Source: a virus (Duplodnaviria; Caudoviricetes). From it: DNA of 37,078 nt. This document shows, one piece after another, positions 9,058-17,696 of this stretch (position 1 is its first letter; each line of letters starts with the position of its first letter). The notes beneath the pieces are model-generated. The model worked only from the letters and a program-made list of their open reading frames with translations, was not told the origin of the DNA and searched no databases. The stretch spans positions 1 to 37,078 of the IMG/VR virus record IMGVR_UViG_3300009103_000082. One strand, given 5' to 3'. Made by a program: the position numbers and the translations under genes.

Positions 9058-10205
9058 TTTAATTTAATTGCCATACCTGCATACTGAGAAGTACTGGTAC
9101 TTGGCAAAACACTCCAAGTAGTGAGAGCGCCAATTTGTACAGGAGAAGAGTAATCAGTGGTATTACCTTGAGCTAACTGACCATAGCTATTTCTACCCCA
9201 AGCCCATAAAGCGCCGTCAGTTGTAATGGCGTGCATAAATTGGTTTCCAGCCATTATCTTAGACCATGTAGTCAGAGTGCCTACCTGAACAGGCGAGGAA
9301 TAATTAGTGGTATTGCCGTGACCTAATATTCCATAATCTCCAGCACCCCATGTCCAAAGCTTACCGTCAGTCCTTATAGCCGCACCAACTCCATCATCGG
9401 TTTGCCCACCAGCATAAATAGCATCCCATGTAGTAAGTGCGCCCACTTGTATCGGGGAGCTTTTATCGACAGTGGTTCCGTCACCTAATTGGCCTTTCAT
9501 ATTTCTACCCCAAGACCAAAGTGTTCCGTCTGTTTTCTTAGCCAATACAAAATATTTTCCAGCCGAGACTGCTTCCCATGTAGTGAGAGCGCCAACTTGA
9601 ACCGGAGAAGAATAACTAGTTGTATTACCTTGGCCTAGTTGTCCATACTGGTTTTTACCCCAAGCCCACAGAGTTCCGTCTGTTTTAAGGGCAATACCAA
9701 ATCTATATCCAGAGGATAGGTATAACCAATCAGTCAATGCGCCGACCTGTGTAGGAGAGGAACGACCCGTGGTATCACCTACACCTAACTGCCCGTCCCC
9801 ATTACCACCCCAGCTCCATAGCGTATTGTCTGTTCTAATTGCACCACCGTGGTACTCACCCGATCCAAGTTGTAACCAAGTGGTAAGTGCGCCAACTTGT
9901 TTTGGAGAAGAATAAAGACTTGTATTACCTAGTCCTAAACATCCATTAGCGCCGCTACCCCACGCCCATAGCGTACCATCTGTTTTAATTGCCGTTGAAT
10001 ATATATACCCCGCTGACAGAATAAGCCAATCAGTCAATGCCCCGACTTGTACTGGAGAAGAGTAGTTAGTGGTGTTTCCTTGACCTAGTTGACCTTTATT
10101 GTTATGCCCCCACATCCATAGCTCTCTAGCTGGGACAAACCACGTACCAGCACCCTCAGCTTGCATAACAGTGGGTAATCTCCACTTACCAGAATAATTA
10201 GGCAT
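9054..10205 (-). CDS. RCC1/BLIP-II repeat beta-propeller protein
   Basis: Same seven-repeat pattern as 6068-7288. Confidence 0.9.
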   Translation of the reverse strand: MPNYSGKWRLPTVMQAEGAGTWFVPARELWMWGHNNKGQLGQGNTTNYSSPVQVGALTDWLILSAGYIYSTAIKTDGTLWAWGSGANGCLGLGNTSLYSSPKQVGALTTWLQLGSGEYHGGAIRTDNTLWSWGGNGDGQLGVGDTTGRSSPTQVGALTDWLYLSSGYRFGIALKTDGTLWAWGKNQYGQLGQGNTTSYSSPVQVGALTTWEAVSAGKYFVLAKKTDGTLWSWGRNMKGQLGDGTTVDKSSPIQVGALTTWDAIYAGGQTDDGVGAAIRTDGKLWTWGAGDYGILGHGNTTNYSSPVQVGTLTTWSKIMAGNQFMHAITTDGALWAWGRNSYGQLAQGNTTDYSSPVQIGALTTWSVLPSTSTSQYAGMAIKLK

Positions 10206-10214
10206 TGCTTACCC

Positions 10215-10254
10215 CTGTGTATAACTCTGTGTATAACTCTGTGTATAACTCTGT
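10215..10254 (-). repeat. 3.3 x 12-bp tandem repeat CTGTGTATAACT, each full unit containing a DnaA box (TTATACACA on the minus strand)
   Basis: TGTGTATAA at 10216-10224, 10228-10236 and 10240-10248; matches the TTATNCACA consensus; intergenic. Confidence 0.7.
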
Positions 10255-10261
10255 TTTCATA

Positions 10262-11680
10262 TTAGGATGTAACAAGAACGCCCACCGAAACCGTCTTATT
10301 GTTCGCTGGTAATTTACTCCAAGTGGTTAAGGCTCCGATCTGAACTGGGGAGCTTATCTGGGTAGTAGTACCATTCCCTAGAGCCTCACCATTTCCCCAT
10401 GCCCACAGTGTTCCGTCTGTTTTAATAGCATAACTCGTCTTCCTTCCCCCAGAAACACTAGACCAAGTAGTCAATGCACCTATCTGTACCGGAGAACTAC
10501 GATCAGTAGTGCTTCCATCGCCCAGTTGCCCCTTAGTATTTTCACCCCAAGTCCACAGAGTGCCATCAGTTTTAACAGCCATTGACCACTCTGAATTAGC
10601 TTGATCTGTTTCACTTCCAGGCCCGATAGTGGCCCATGTGGTAAGTGCGCCTACCTGAACTGGTGAAGAGTAATCGGTAGTATTGCCTTGGCCTAACGCA
10701 CCAGAGCCACCTTCGCCCCAGCACCAAATAGTACCGTCTGTTTTAAGAGCCATTGTGAAAAAAGCGCGAGAACTCGTTTTAGACCACGTAGTAAGAGTGC
10801 CTACTTGTACCGGAGATGAACGATTGGTAGTGCTTCCATCACCTAATTGGCCGACATTGTTTTTCCCCCAAGCCCAGAGAGTTCCATCAGTCTTAACGGC
10901 TGTCATAAAGTGCATACCGCCAGATACTTGCGACCAATCAGTAAGCGCACCTACTTGGACAGGGGAAGAACGGTTAGTTGTAGTTCCGTCACCTAATGCT
11001 CCCTCATAATTCCATCCCCATGTCCATAATGTGCCGTCTTGTCTAACTGACCCAACATTATAAAAACCTGGCCCTATCGAAGCCCAAGTAGTTAATGCAC
11101 CAACTTGCACAGGGGAAGAAATGTCAGTAGTAGAACCGTTACCTAGCCTACCGTAACCACCATCCCCCCAACTCCATAGTGTCCCGTCAGTTTTAACAGC
11201 CACCCCCGTAACATCACAAAAACCAACCTCCTGCCAATCGGTAAGTGCGCCTACTTGTACAGGCGAAGAATAAGCAGTGGTATTTCCTAAGCCTAAATCG
11301 CCATCAACATTATTTCCCCACACCCATAGCTCATAGGCGTAGGCCGCTTGGTAACTATTACTTGCGGCACTTATACCGCTCGGCCCGTAGTCATTAATAG
11401 CGGTAACAGTGGTAGTGTAAGATTGACCGTCAGTTAAACCTGTAATCGTAACAGGAGAAGATGTCCCGCTTCCGGCAAAACTTGCGCCAGTAACGGTATC
11501 GGTAGCTACTGCCTCATAACTGGTTATCGCACCACCACCCACATCTGAAGGCGCAGTAAAAGCTATAGAGATTGCTAAACTGCCCCCTGATGAAGCTGTC
11601 CCAATAGTGGGTGCATCCGGCGCTAATAACGGATTAAAACCAGGGCGTATAAACCCACCAATACGGTCACCTATAGGCAT
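10262..11680 (-). CDS. Fibronectin type III + RCC1 repeat protein
   Basis: N-terminal FN3 (APDAPTIGTA..FTAPSDVGGGAITSY..ITGLTDGQSYTTTVTAINDYGPS) followed by seven RCC1 repeats. Confidence 0.9.
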   Translation of the reverse strand: MPIGDRIGGFIRPGFNPLLAPDAPTIGTASSGGSLAISIAFTAPSDVGGGAITSYEAVATDTVTGASFAGSGTSSPVTITGLTDGQSYTTTVTAINDYGPSGISAASNSYQAAYAYELWVWGNNVDGDLGLGNTTAYSSPVQVGALTDWQEVGFCDVTGVAVKTDGTLWSWGDGGYGRLGNGSTTDISSPVQVGALTTWASIGPGFYNVGSVRQDGTLWTWGWNYEGALGDGTTTNRSSPVQVGALTDWSQVSGGMHFMTAVKTDGTLWAWGKNNVGQLGDGSTTNRSSPVQVGTLTTWSKTSSRAFFTMALKTDGTIWCWGEGGSGALGQGNTTDYSSPVQVGALTTWATIGPGSETDQANSEWSMAVKTDGTLWTWGENTKGQLGDGSTTDRSSPVQIGALTTWSSVSGGRKTSYAIKTDGTLWAWGNGEALGNGTTTQISSPVQIGALTTWSKLPANNKTVSVGVLVTS

Positions 11681-11690
11681 CGCCTACTCC

Positions 11691-12086
11691 TTAACTAATT
11701 ACTTCATAGCTTACAGTGTAGGTAATCTTGCTTGCAGTCCCGCTCGTCACAGCAATCGAACTGTCTTCCATTAAGTAGATCGCAGTAGTCTTGTCTACAA
11801 CAATCAAGGAAGCATCTGCCGGAACTGAAACAGTAGACACAATAGGATAAGCTGTACCACCTGAAGGGGCAGAACCCTGAGCCACATCCCCGTCACTGTA
11901 GAGGTCAACGCTCACGTTTACAGCACTGCTTCCGTCTACATTGGCAGCTACTATCTGATTAATTTTGTAAACCTTTCCGCTGCTTGCAGCATTAGGAAGC
12001 AAAATAACCGAGGTAGTTGCCGAGGGAGTCAGGTAAGTAGTCTCACCTAAGATGCTTGTTACATTTACTATATTGGGGTTTGCCAT
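11691..12086 (-). CDS. Conserved phage tail-region beta-rich protein (MANPNIVNV type)
   Basis: 131 aa; GGAGG RBS; beta-strand-rich; sits between the fibre and RCC1 genes. Confidence 0.6.
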   Translation of the reverse strand: MANPNIVNVTSILGETTYLTPSATTSVILLPNAASSGKVYKINQIVAANVDGSSAVNVSVDLYSDGDVAQGSAPSGGTAYPIVSTVSVPADASLIVVDKTTAIYLMEDSSIAVTSGTASKITYTVSYEVIS

Positions 12087-12095
12087 TATTTCCTC

Positions 12096-12629
12096 CTAGA
12101 AACCCATTACCATCGCTAATGCGATAGAAAGCCCTGCTGATACACCAGTTGAGGCTGTTGACTGCCATGTAGTCCCGTTTGATGTGAGTAAGTTACCCGA
12201 AGTACCAGGAGCAACTTCTTGAACTGCTGATGTGCCATTACCAAGAACGACACTGTGCTGGGTTATGGAAGCTGCTCCAGTTCCCCCGTTAGCAACAGGA
12301 AGAGTTCCCGTCACTCCTGTAGTTAAGGGAAGCCCCGTCAGATTAGTAGCTACGCCACCCGAAGGAGTGCCAAGCGCACCCCCACTAACAAGAACATCTG
12401 CCCCGCCTTCCTGTAAATTTCCGGTAAAGTTTGCTGTGGTGTCGGCATAGGCCGCATAACCAGCAGTTCCAAGGGTGTAATACGCAAGTGAAGTCCATGC
12501 TGTAGAACCATCACCAGACTTGAGCTTCTTTGTGTCTGTCTCAAGACCCAATTCGCCATTTGAAAGTGTTGGATTAGCAGAAGTCCAGTTTGCGGCTGTG
12601 TCTCTGCGAATTTGAATTTTACTAGCCAT
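12096..12629 (-). CDS. Short tail-fibre protein with an Mtd/hyaluronidase-type N-terminal domain
   Basis: IQIRRDTAANWTSANPTLSNGELGLETDTKKLKSGDGSTAWTSLAY; GTLPVANGGTG fibre motif; C-terminal SIALAMVMG. Confidence 0.75.
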   Translation of the reverse strand: MASKIQIRRDTAANWTSANPTLSNGELGLETDTKKLKSGDGSTAWTSLAYYTLGTAGYAAYADTTANFTGNLQEGGADVLVSGGALGTPSGGVATNLTGLPLTTGVTGTLPVANGGTGAASITQHSVVLGNGTSAVQEVAPGTSGNLLTSNGTTWQSTASTGVSAGLSIALAMVMGF

Positions 12630-13282
12630 TATGCTGACCCTCCATCTATTAACGGAATACCTGTGTAATTTGAAGTTGCTGTACCGCCGTCTACACTTGC
12701 CGATCCAGCAAGTGCGTCAATGGCTTGTTTGACACGCAGGGGTGAGAAAATCTTACCAGTTGTTTCTGTTCCTGCTTCTGCCTCTGCCTGTGTTGCAAGG
12801 TCATAAGCACCGGAAACCGAAATAAAAGAGAGCGTACCTGACCCGTTGGTGGAAAGGACGGTAGACGCATCGCCATCTGCTGTAGGATAAGCTAACCCGC
12901 CAGCGGTTAAGTTCGTTGTTGCTAGAGTTGTAAGGCTGGATGTACCTGTACCCGTAATATTTCCGGTTACATCACCAGTTACATCACCAGTGACATCACC
13001 AGTGACATTTCCGGTTACATTTCCTGTAATTGCGCCCGCAAAATTAGTGGTCGCAGTAATTACCGTACCGCTAATAGTTCCAGAAGAAGTAATCCCAGTA
13101 GATGATAAAGCACCAGTGGTAACGCTAGAAGGATTTGTCCCTAACTCAATGACTGTTGCAGAGTTATTTTCAGTGAACAGGCGTTTATCAGCGGTATTGA
13201 CCGCTAACTCGCCTTCTACCAAATCCGAACTGCTTGGAACTGCGCTTGCGCTGCTAGAGTTCTTTGTAACAATAGTTGCCAT
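12629..13282 (-). CDS. Tail-fibre / structural protein
   Basis: VPSSSDLVEGELAVNTADKRLF motif; (G-N/D-V-T)n repeats; ATQAEAEAGT..SPLRVKQAI fibre motif. Confidence 0.75.
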   Translation of the reverse strand: MATIVTKNSSSASAVPSSSDLVEGELAVNTADKRLFTENNSATVIELGTNPSSVTTGALSSTGITSSGTISGTVITATTNFAGAITGNVTGNVTGDVTGDVTGDVTGNITGTGTSSLTTLATTNLTAGGLAYPTADGDASTVLSTNGSGTLSFISVSGAYDLATQAEAEAGTETTGKIFSPLRVKQAIDALAGSASVDGGTATSNYTGIPLIDGGSA

Positions 13283-13299
13283 GCTTTGCTCCGTTAATT

Positions 13300-13328
13300 A
13301 AAAAATCGGGGGGAAATTAATCCCCCCC
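13300..13328 (-). terminator. Rho-independent terminator after the major capsid gene
   Basis: Minus-strand stem GGGGGGA / TCCCCCC with a short AT loop, followed by a T tract. Confidence 0.75.
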
Positions 13329-13344
13329 AAAGGATCAAAGGAGA

Positions 13345-14295
13345 TTAAGCATTTACAACCATGTTAAATGCTGCATCAGGACGATAGGTTTTAACGCCAT
13401 AAATAGTATCAGCGGTAAACAACGTACCTAACCACTCCTGCTTGTACTGGGTCTGAGAGCGAATATTTTGCTGTTCAGCAAGAATAAAGGCTTCCTTGTG
13501 GAACAAGGTTGCTGCTTTAAGCTCACCGCCAGCACTATTTTCTGACGCAGTCTCAGTAACAGAACAGTTGGTAGAAACATAAATGTCTATGCCATAAATG
13601 TTTCCGATCTTGCCGTTTTGTACGCCTCGTCCGTCAACAAAGTCAGAAGAAACATAACGGTCAATACCCATCATAGTCGAACGCAAAGAAGGTGGAACAA
13701 CAAAGTATCTTTCATCGAAAGGTACGTCATTGTCATCCATCAACTTAATAAGACCCCTAAATGACGCATCGGTGACGAGGTCTGAAGTTGTTACGGTGTC
13801 GACTGCATAGGCAGTTAAACCAGAAGAGGCATCAGTGTAGTAAGAACCAGAACCAACCCAGTTATCACTGGCATCACCAATGTTCTTACCTTCGTTGTGG
13901 AGGTCTACGTCCGTCTGGGTAGCAAGCGCATAGCCAGCATCCTCGGTATAGAATCCTCTCATAGAAGCTAATGCTTGAATTTCAGCAACATCTTCCATCA
14001 GCTTTGAATACTCGTAGTGCTTGTTAATTGCAACCTGCACTTCGCTTTCTGTATTCGCCTGAACAGTGACCGCCGTTTTTGCTGCTTTGGCAGTCGCCGA
14101 ACCCCTGGTGGGAGCTGGTATATGGATGGTGTCGCCCTTCTTACCTACCATGGGTAGCCGTTTTACAAGGCCAGCCATTACTAGGCGTTTTTCGTATGCA
14201 GCGCGTATTTCATCACTCCATAGCTCGGGTATAAAATTTGCCTGAGTAGTAGTATCACTAAAACCACCCGTGGCTGGATATACTGAAGTAGCCAT
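13345..14295 (-). CDS. Major capsid protein
   Basis: 316 aa; FIPELWSDEI..GKKGDTIHIP..VPFDERYFVVPP..GKIGNIYGIDIYVS..DTIYGVK pattern; follows the scaffold and precedes a terminator. Confidence 0.9.
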   Translation of the reverse strand: MATSVYPATGGFSDTTTQANFIPELWSDEIRAAYEKRLVMAGLVKRLPMVGKKGDTIHIPAPTRGSATAKAAKTAVTVQANTESEVQVAINKHYEYSKLMEDVAEIQALASMRGFYTEDAGYALATQTDVDLHNEGKNIGDASDNWVGSGSYYTDASSGLTAYAVDTVTTSDLVTDASFRGLIKLMDDNDVPFDERYFVVPPSLRSTMMGIDRYVSSDFVDGRGVQNGKIGNIYGIDIYVSTNCSVTETASENSAGGELKAATLFHKEAFILAEQQNIRSQTQYKQEWLGTLFTADTIYGVKTYRPDAAFNMVVNA

Positions 14296-14312
14296 CGTTT
14301 AATTCCTCAAAA

Positions 14313-15098
14313 TTAATTACGAATTACACGACCCTCAAGGTATGCCCGTTCAATTTCTGAACTTCGATCTGCATAGGCTTGCGGGTCTTCATTTTTGAGT
14401 CTTCTTAAATCGGATGCCCTGTACTTCTTCTTGCTTACGGGTTCTGAGCTACCTGTTGCGCTGCCTGTTGAAGCAGCCCTTACAGACGCAGAACGGGTGG
14501 ATTTTTCAACTGGCTTTTCACTTATGGCATTTGCGCGTTTCCATTCGTTAAAAATGTAATTAGCACTTTCAATGTTCATGTCGTGATTAGCTTCGTTAAA
14601 TAACCTCATCCTCGTATTATCTTGAGAAATCCAGTCTATAAACTTCTGATCCTGTACGATTTGCACCATATCAGGATGCCTTGCCATGATTTGCTGTGCA
14701 GCATTCTGCTGTTTAAGCTGCAACAACTCCTCTTGCGTCTGTTTAAGAGCTGGGTGTTCCTCTATAGATTGCTTGATAGCACGTTCAGGATCACCAAAAT
14801 AATCTAACTCTTCTTTAGGCTCGGCTGACTTTTGTTCTTGGAGCTGGCCCTGGATAAAAGTATCTGCTTGTTTGTACGCATCAATTTGCTGTCTAGCATC
14901 TCTAACTTCTTGAGACTGCCTTCCAATCATAACTTCTTGATCTGAAAGCATTTTTTCCAAATCTTCGCGTGACTTTGAAGCAAATTTAGATTCAGGCTCA
15001 GGAGGGCTTTCAGGGGCTTCCCCCTCAGTGCTTATCTCCTCTACGGATGCCGCCTCTACATTATCTTCGGACTCTTCGTTTAAAAGTTTTGCTGCCAT
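14313..15098 (-). CDS. Capsid scaffolding protein
   Basis: Acidic N-terminus, coiled coil, C-terminal 'LKNEDPQAY..EIERAYLEGRV'; directly upstream of the capsid gene. Confidence 0.75.
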   Translation of the reverse strand: MAAKLLNEESEDNVEAASVEEISTEGEAPESPPEPESKFASKSREDLEKMLSDQEVMIGRQSQEVRDARQQIDAYKQADTFIQGQLQEQKSAEPKEELDYFGDPERAIKQSIEEHPALKQTQEELLQLKQQNAAQQIMARHPDMVQIVQDQKFIDWISQDNTRMRLFNEANHDMNIESANYIFNEWKRANAISEKPVEKSTRSASVRAASTGSATGSSEPVSKKKYRASDLRRLKNEDPQAYADRSSEIERAYLEGRVIRN

Positions 15099-15147
15099 AA
15101 TTAACCTCGGAAATTACAAGACCTATCGGCTACCTTGTTGCGAAAGA

Positions 15148-15381
15148 CTACGAGTTAGCTACCTTCCGCTCTGCTTTGATTCTTTCTTGCCGCATTTTAG
15201 CCCACTTCATCGTAGCAGTAGGATAATCCCCACTAATCGGATCAATAGCTAAACTGGGACAAGAAACTACTCTGGTTGACTCTTGATTGCAGATGTCACA
15301 AGTATCTTGATAAACAGATTCATCTACAAGCCTTTCTACATAATGCCCATCAGGACATTTAAAGTCATAGATTCTTTTCAT
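15148..15381 (-). CDS. FmdB-like zinc-ribbon protein
   Basis: IYDFKCPDGH..TCDICNQESTRVVS. Confidence 0.75.
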   Translation of the reverse strand: MKRIYDFKCPDGHYVERLVDESVYQDTCDICNQESTRVVSCPSLAIDPISGDYPTATMKWAKMRQERIKAERKVANS

Positions 15382-15601
15382 CTTCGTTTACCAATAACTC
15401 AACCTGAGTTTCTAAAGAAGCTATAAAGGCGATAATATTTAATTGTCCCTTACGGAACTGCAAATCATCGTTGTCTTTAGTCGCTTCTACTGAATTACAT
15501 TCTTCCTTACTTTTGGATAAATCCTCTAGTAATATTTTCCAGCCTTTAGTACGAAACATATCGTACATGGCTTCAACATATTTTTCAGTCTCCTTATCCA
15601 T
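15365..15601 (-). CDS. Small conserved head-region protein
   Basis: 78 aa; 'MFRTKGWK..LQFRKGQL' pattern commonly found downstream of podovirus portals. Confidence 0.65.
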   Translation of the reverse strand: MDKETEKYVEAMYDMFRTKGWKILLEDLSKSKEECNSVEATKDNDDLQFRKGQLNIIAFIASLETQVELLVNEDEKNL

Positions 15602-15605
15602 ATTA

Positions 15606-15633
15606 AATTAACATAAGTCCCTATTAACGAACA
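15606..15633 (-). other. dif/Xer-like recombination site (putative)
   Basis: Minus strand TGTTCGTTAAT-AGGGAC-TTATGTTAATT; XerD arm 10/11 to TTATGTTAAAT; degenerate XerC arm; fills most of a 33-bp intergenic gap. Confidence 0.45.
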
Positions 15634-15634
15634 A

Positions 15635-17695
15635 TTAGTTATTTAATTGCATCTTTCTGTTTTCAATATTAACTCGTTCCTGTTCAACGCCTAAACGCTC
15701 CTGCTCAATCCCTAGCTTTTGTTCGTCTACAAGCGTATCGGCTATCTTAGCCCTTCTCATAAATTCATCTTTATCCATCTCGCCTTCGGCTTTCATTGTT
15801 GTTGCCAAAGCCTTGAGTCTGTCATTTTCCAGATCAATCGGAATAGCCTTGGTTTCTGTGGCAATCTTACCAGCTCTGGCCTGAGATTCCGCAGCCTGAC
15901 CATTAAGCGCATTCGTCTGAGATTGCTGAAATTGTAACTGTGATTGCTGTGCCACCTGTGCCATTTCCTGTGCTTGAGGATCGGGCTGTGAAGCCTGTTC
16001 AATCGCTTGCATTAACTGTTCCCTGTTTTGAAGCTGCATATTATCAACAATAGATTGAACCAGAATCGGATACATTGGAGATTCCTGCCCCATAGTCTGA
16101 AGTAGCTGAACCAACTGCGTTACTTCGTATTCACGGGCAATAATTCCTAGTGTGGAAGTGACTTCAAAAATGTAGTCATTAACTGGGTAGTTTTCAGGGT
16201 CAAACTGCATATAACGACAAGCAGCACTTTTAACAAAAGGAATTAAAAAACTGTCTTGGAAGTTAATAAGAGTTCGCTTATGACGCTTAATGATTGCGCC
16301 TAAGTTCATGCTTATGCCAGCAGCAGTAGCTTCACCATTGATAGAACCTGGAACACCAGCCGAATCGATTGCACCAGTGGCAGTCTGCACCATTCTCTGC
16401 AAAGACTCAGCTTGAGCAAAGGTAATCTGTGAAACCTGCCCGAAATTAAAGGGCTGTAAGACTTCTCTTGGATCACCCGTGGTTAATAATATCTTTCCTG
16501 CCCTGACTTCAGGCCTTGCCCCTCTTGGCATTCTGGTTGCATCCATAGCCACCATAGGCGCATTGGTTAAAGCTAACGCATCAATTCTGGCCCTTAATTC
16601 AGCATCGAGAGCCTTTTGAGAGTTATAGCCCTTTTCGCAAACGCCTCTTCCCCAGAACCTTCCTGGTACTACATCCCAAGGGAAAGCGATAACAGGTCTG
16701 TCACCCATCATGTAAGGATTTAACTGTGCTTTTAAAATAGTTGTTTTATTAGCGATGACAACACAGGCTTCAACGTAATAGCTTTCTTTTACTTCAACCT
16801 CTACTTCTACCTCTACATCATCTTCAACAATTTCTTCAACACCGTCTTCAATAGTTTCTTCAAGGCTTTCTTCTGTTTCTTCAAAATCTATATCTTCGGT
16901 ATGCTCTTTAATCAAGTAGCGTGGAACAAGCCCATAATATTTTGTTAAACGGACTTTGTTTTCAGGCTCCTGAGATAAGTTTGGATCAGCTTCTAAAGCA
17001 TCATCTCCGTAAGTCTGAGCATAGAACTCAACATCTTCATAAACACCCTGCTCCTGCAACAGCTTAATGGTATGCGGAGAAACGTATTCATCAATCGCTA
17101 CACCAATGGAGTCTTCTACGCTCGTTGCAATCGGGTCTATTAGGAAATTCTGAGGAAGAACGGGCTTTAGCTTAACTACCATCCTTTCGGTTTCATTAAC
17201 CCCAAAGGCTTGCATAGTCCCATCTGGCATGGGCTGGGTAGCAGGGGCAAGCTCTGTATCCATGTCCATGACAATCTCTGCAATGCCTGTGCCAAAAACA
17301 GCAGCATTAATCAGGCATTCGCCTACCTGCTTACGAATCTTGTGCTTTCTGAAGTCTTCGTTAAGTTTTGCCCTTAGATAAGCTATGTCCTGACTTTCAG
17401 GGTCACGCATATCATCACGAATCGTAAAGAAAGCTCCACGACCAAAGGTTGCTTCTTCTATTTCGGCTACGCTGGACTCGACCGCTTGTTGTAAGGCAGG
17501 ACTTACTATCTCGGAGCGTTCACTCGGGCGCGTTTTATTGTCAGGATTAAAATGTCCACGCCAGAGATCATAGTATTCTTCAAACTTCTCTTCATAGTTG
17601 GAATTATAATGTTCGCGCCACTTTTCACATTTAGCGATTACCCAGCTTTCAAGGGATTCGCTTTCATAAATGCTGTCATCGAATAGTTCGTCCAT
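15635..17695 (-). CDS. Portal protein
   Basis: 686 aa; follows TerL; FGTGIAEI, PGRFWGRGV, ETAAGISM-like motifs; long Q-rich helical C-terminal barrel as in P22-type portals. Confidence 0.9.
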   Translation of the reverse strand: MDELFDDSIYESESLESWVIAKCEKWREHYNSNYEEKFEEYYDLWRGHFNPDNKTRPSERSEIVSPALQQAVESSVAEIEEATFGRGAFFTIRDDMRDPESQDIAYLRAKLNEDFRKHKIRKQVGECLINAAVFGTGIAEIVMDMDTELAPATQPMPDGTMQAFGVNETERMVVKLKPVLPQNFLIDPIATSVEDSIGVAIDEYVSPHTIKLLQEQGVYEDVEFYAQTYGDDALEADPNLSQEPENKVRLTKYYGLVPRYLIKEHTEDIDFEETEESLEETIEDGVEEIVEDDVEVEVEVEVKESYYVEACVVIANKTTILKAQLNPYMMGDRPVIAFPWDVVPGRFWGRGVCEKGYNSQKALDAELRARIDALALTNAPMVAMDATRMPRGARPEVRAGKILLTTGDPREVLQPFNFGQVSQITFAQAESLQRMVQTATGAIDSAGVPGSINGEATAAGISMNLGAIIKRHKRTLINFQDSFLIPFVKSAACRYMQFDPENYPVNDYIFEVTSTLGIIAREYEVTQLVQLLQTMGQESPMYPILVQSIVDNMQLQNREQLMQAIEQASQPDPQAQEMAQVAQQSQLQFQQSQTNALNGQAAESQARAGKIATETKAIPIDLENDRLKALATTMKAEGEMDKDEFMRRAKIADTLVDEQKLGIEQERLGVEQERVNIENRKMQLNN

Positions 17696-17696
17696 A

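Noticed and set aside
10215-10254. CRISPR-like mini-array
   Set aside because: The 12-bp units are directly adjacent with no spacers, and no cas genes are present
6068-11680. Diversity-generating retroelement acting on the RCC1 repeats
   Set aside because: There is no reverse transcriptase gene and no template/variable repeat pair differing only at adenines; the repeats are ordinary coding paralogy
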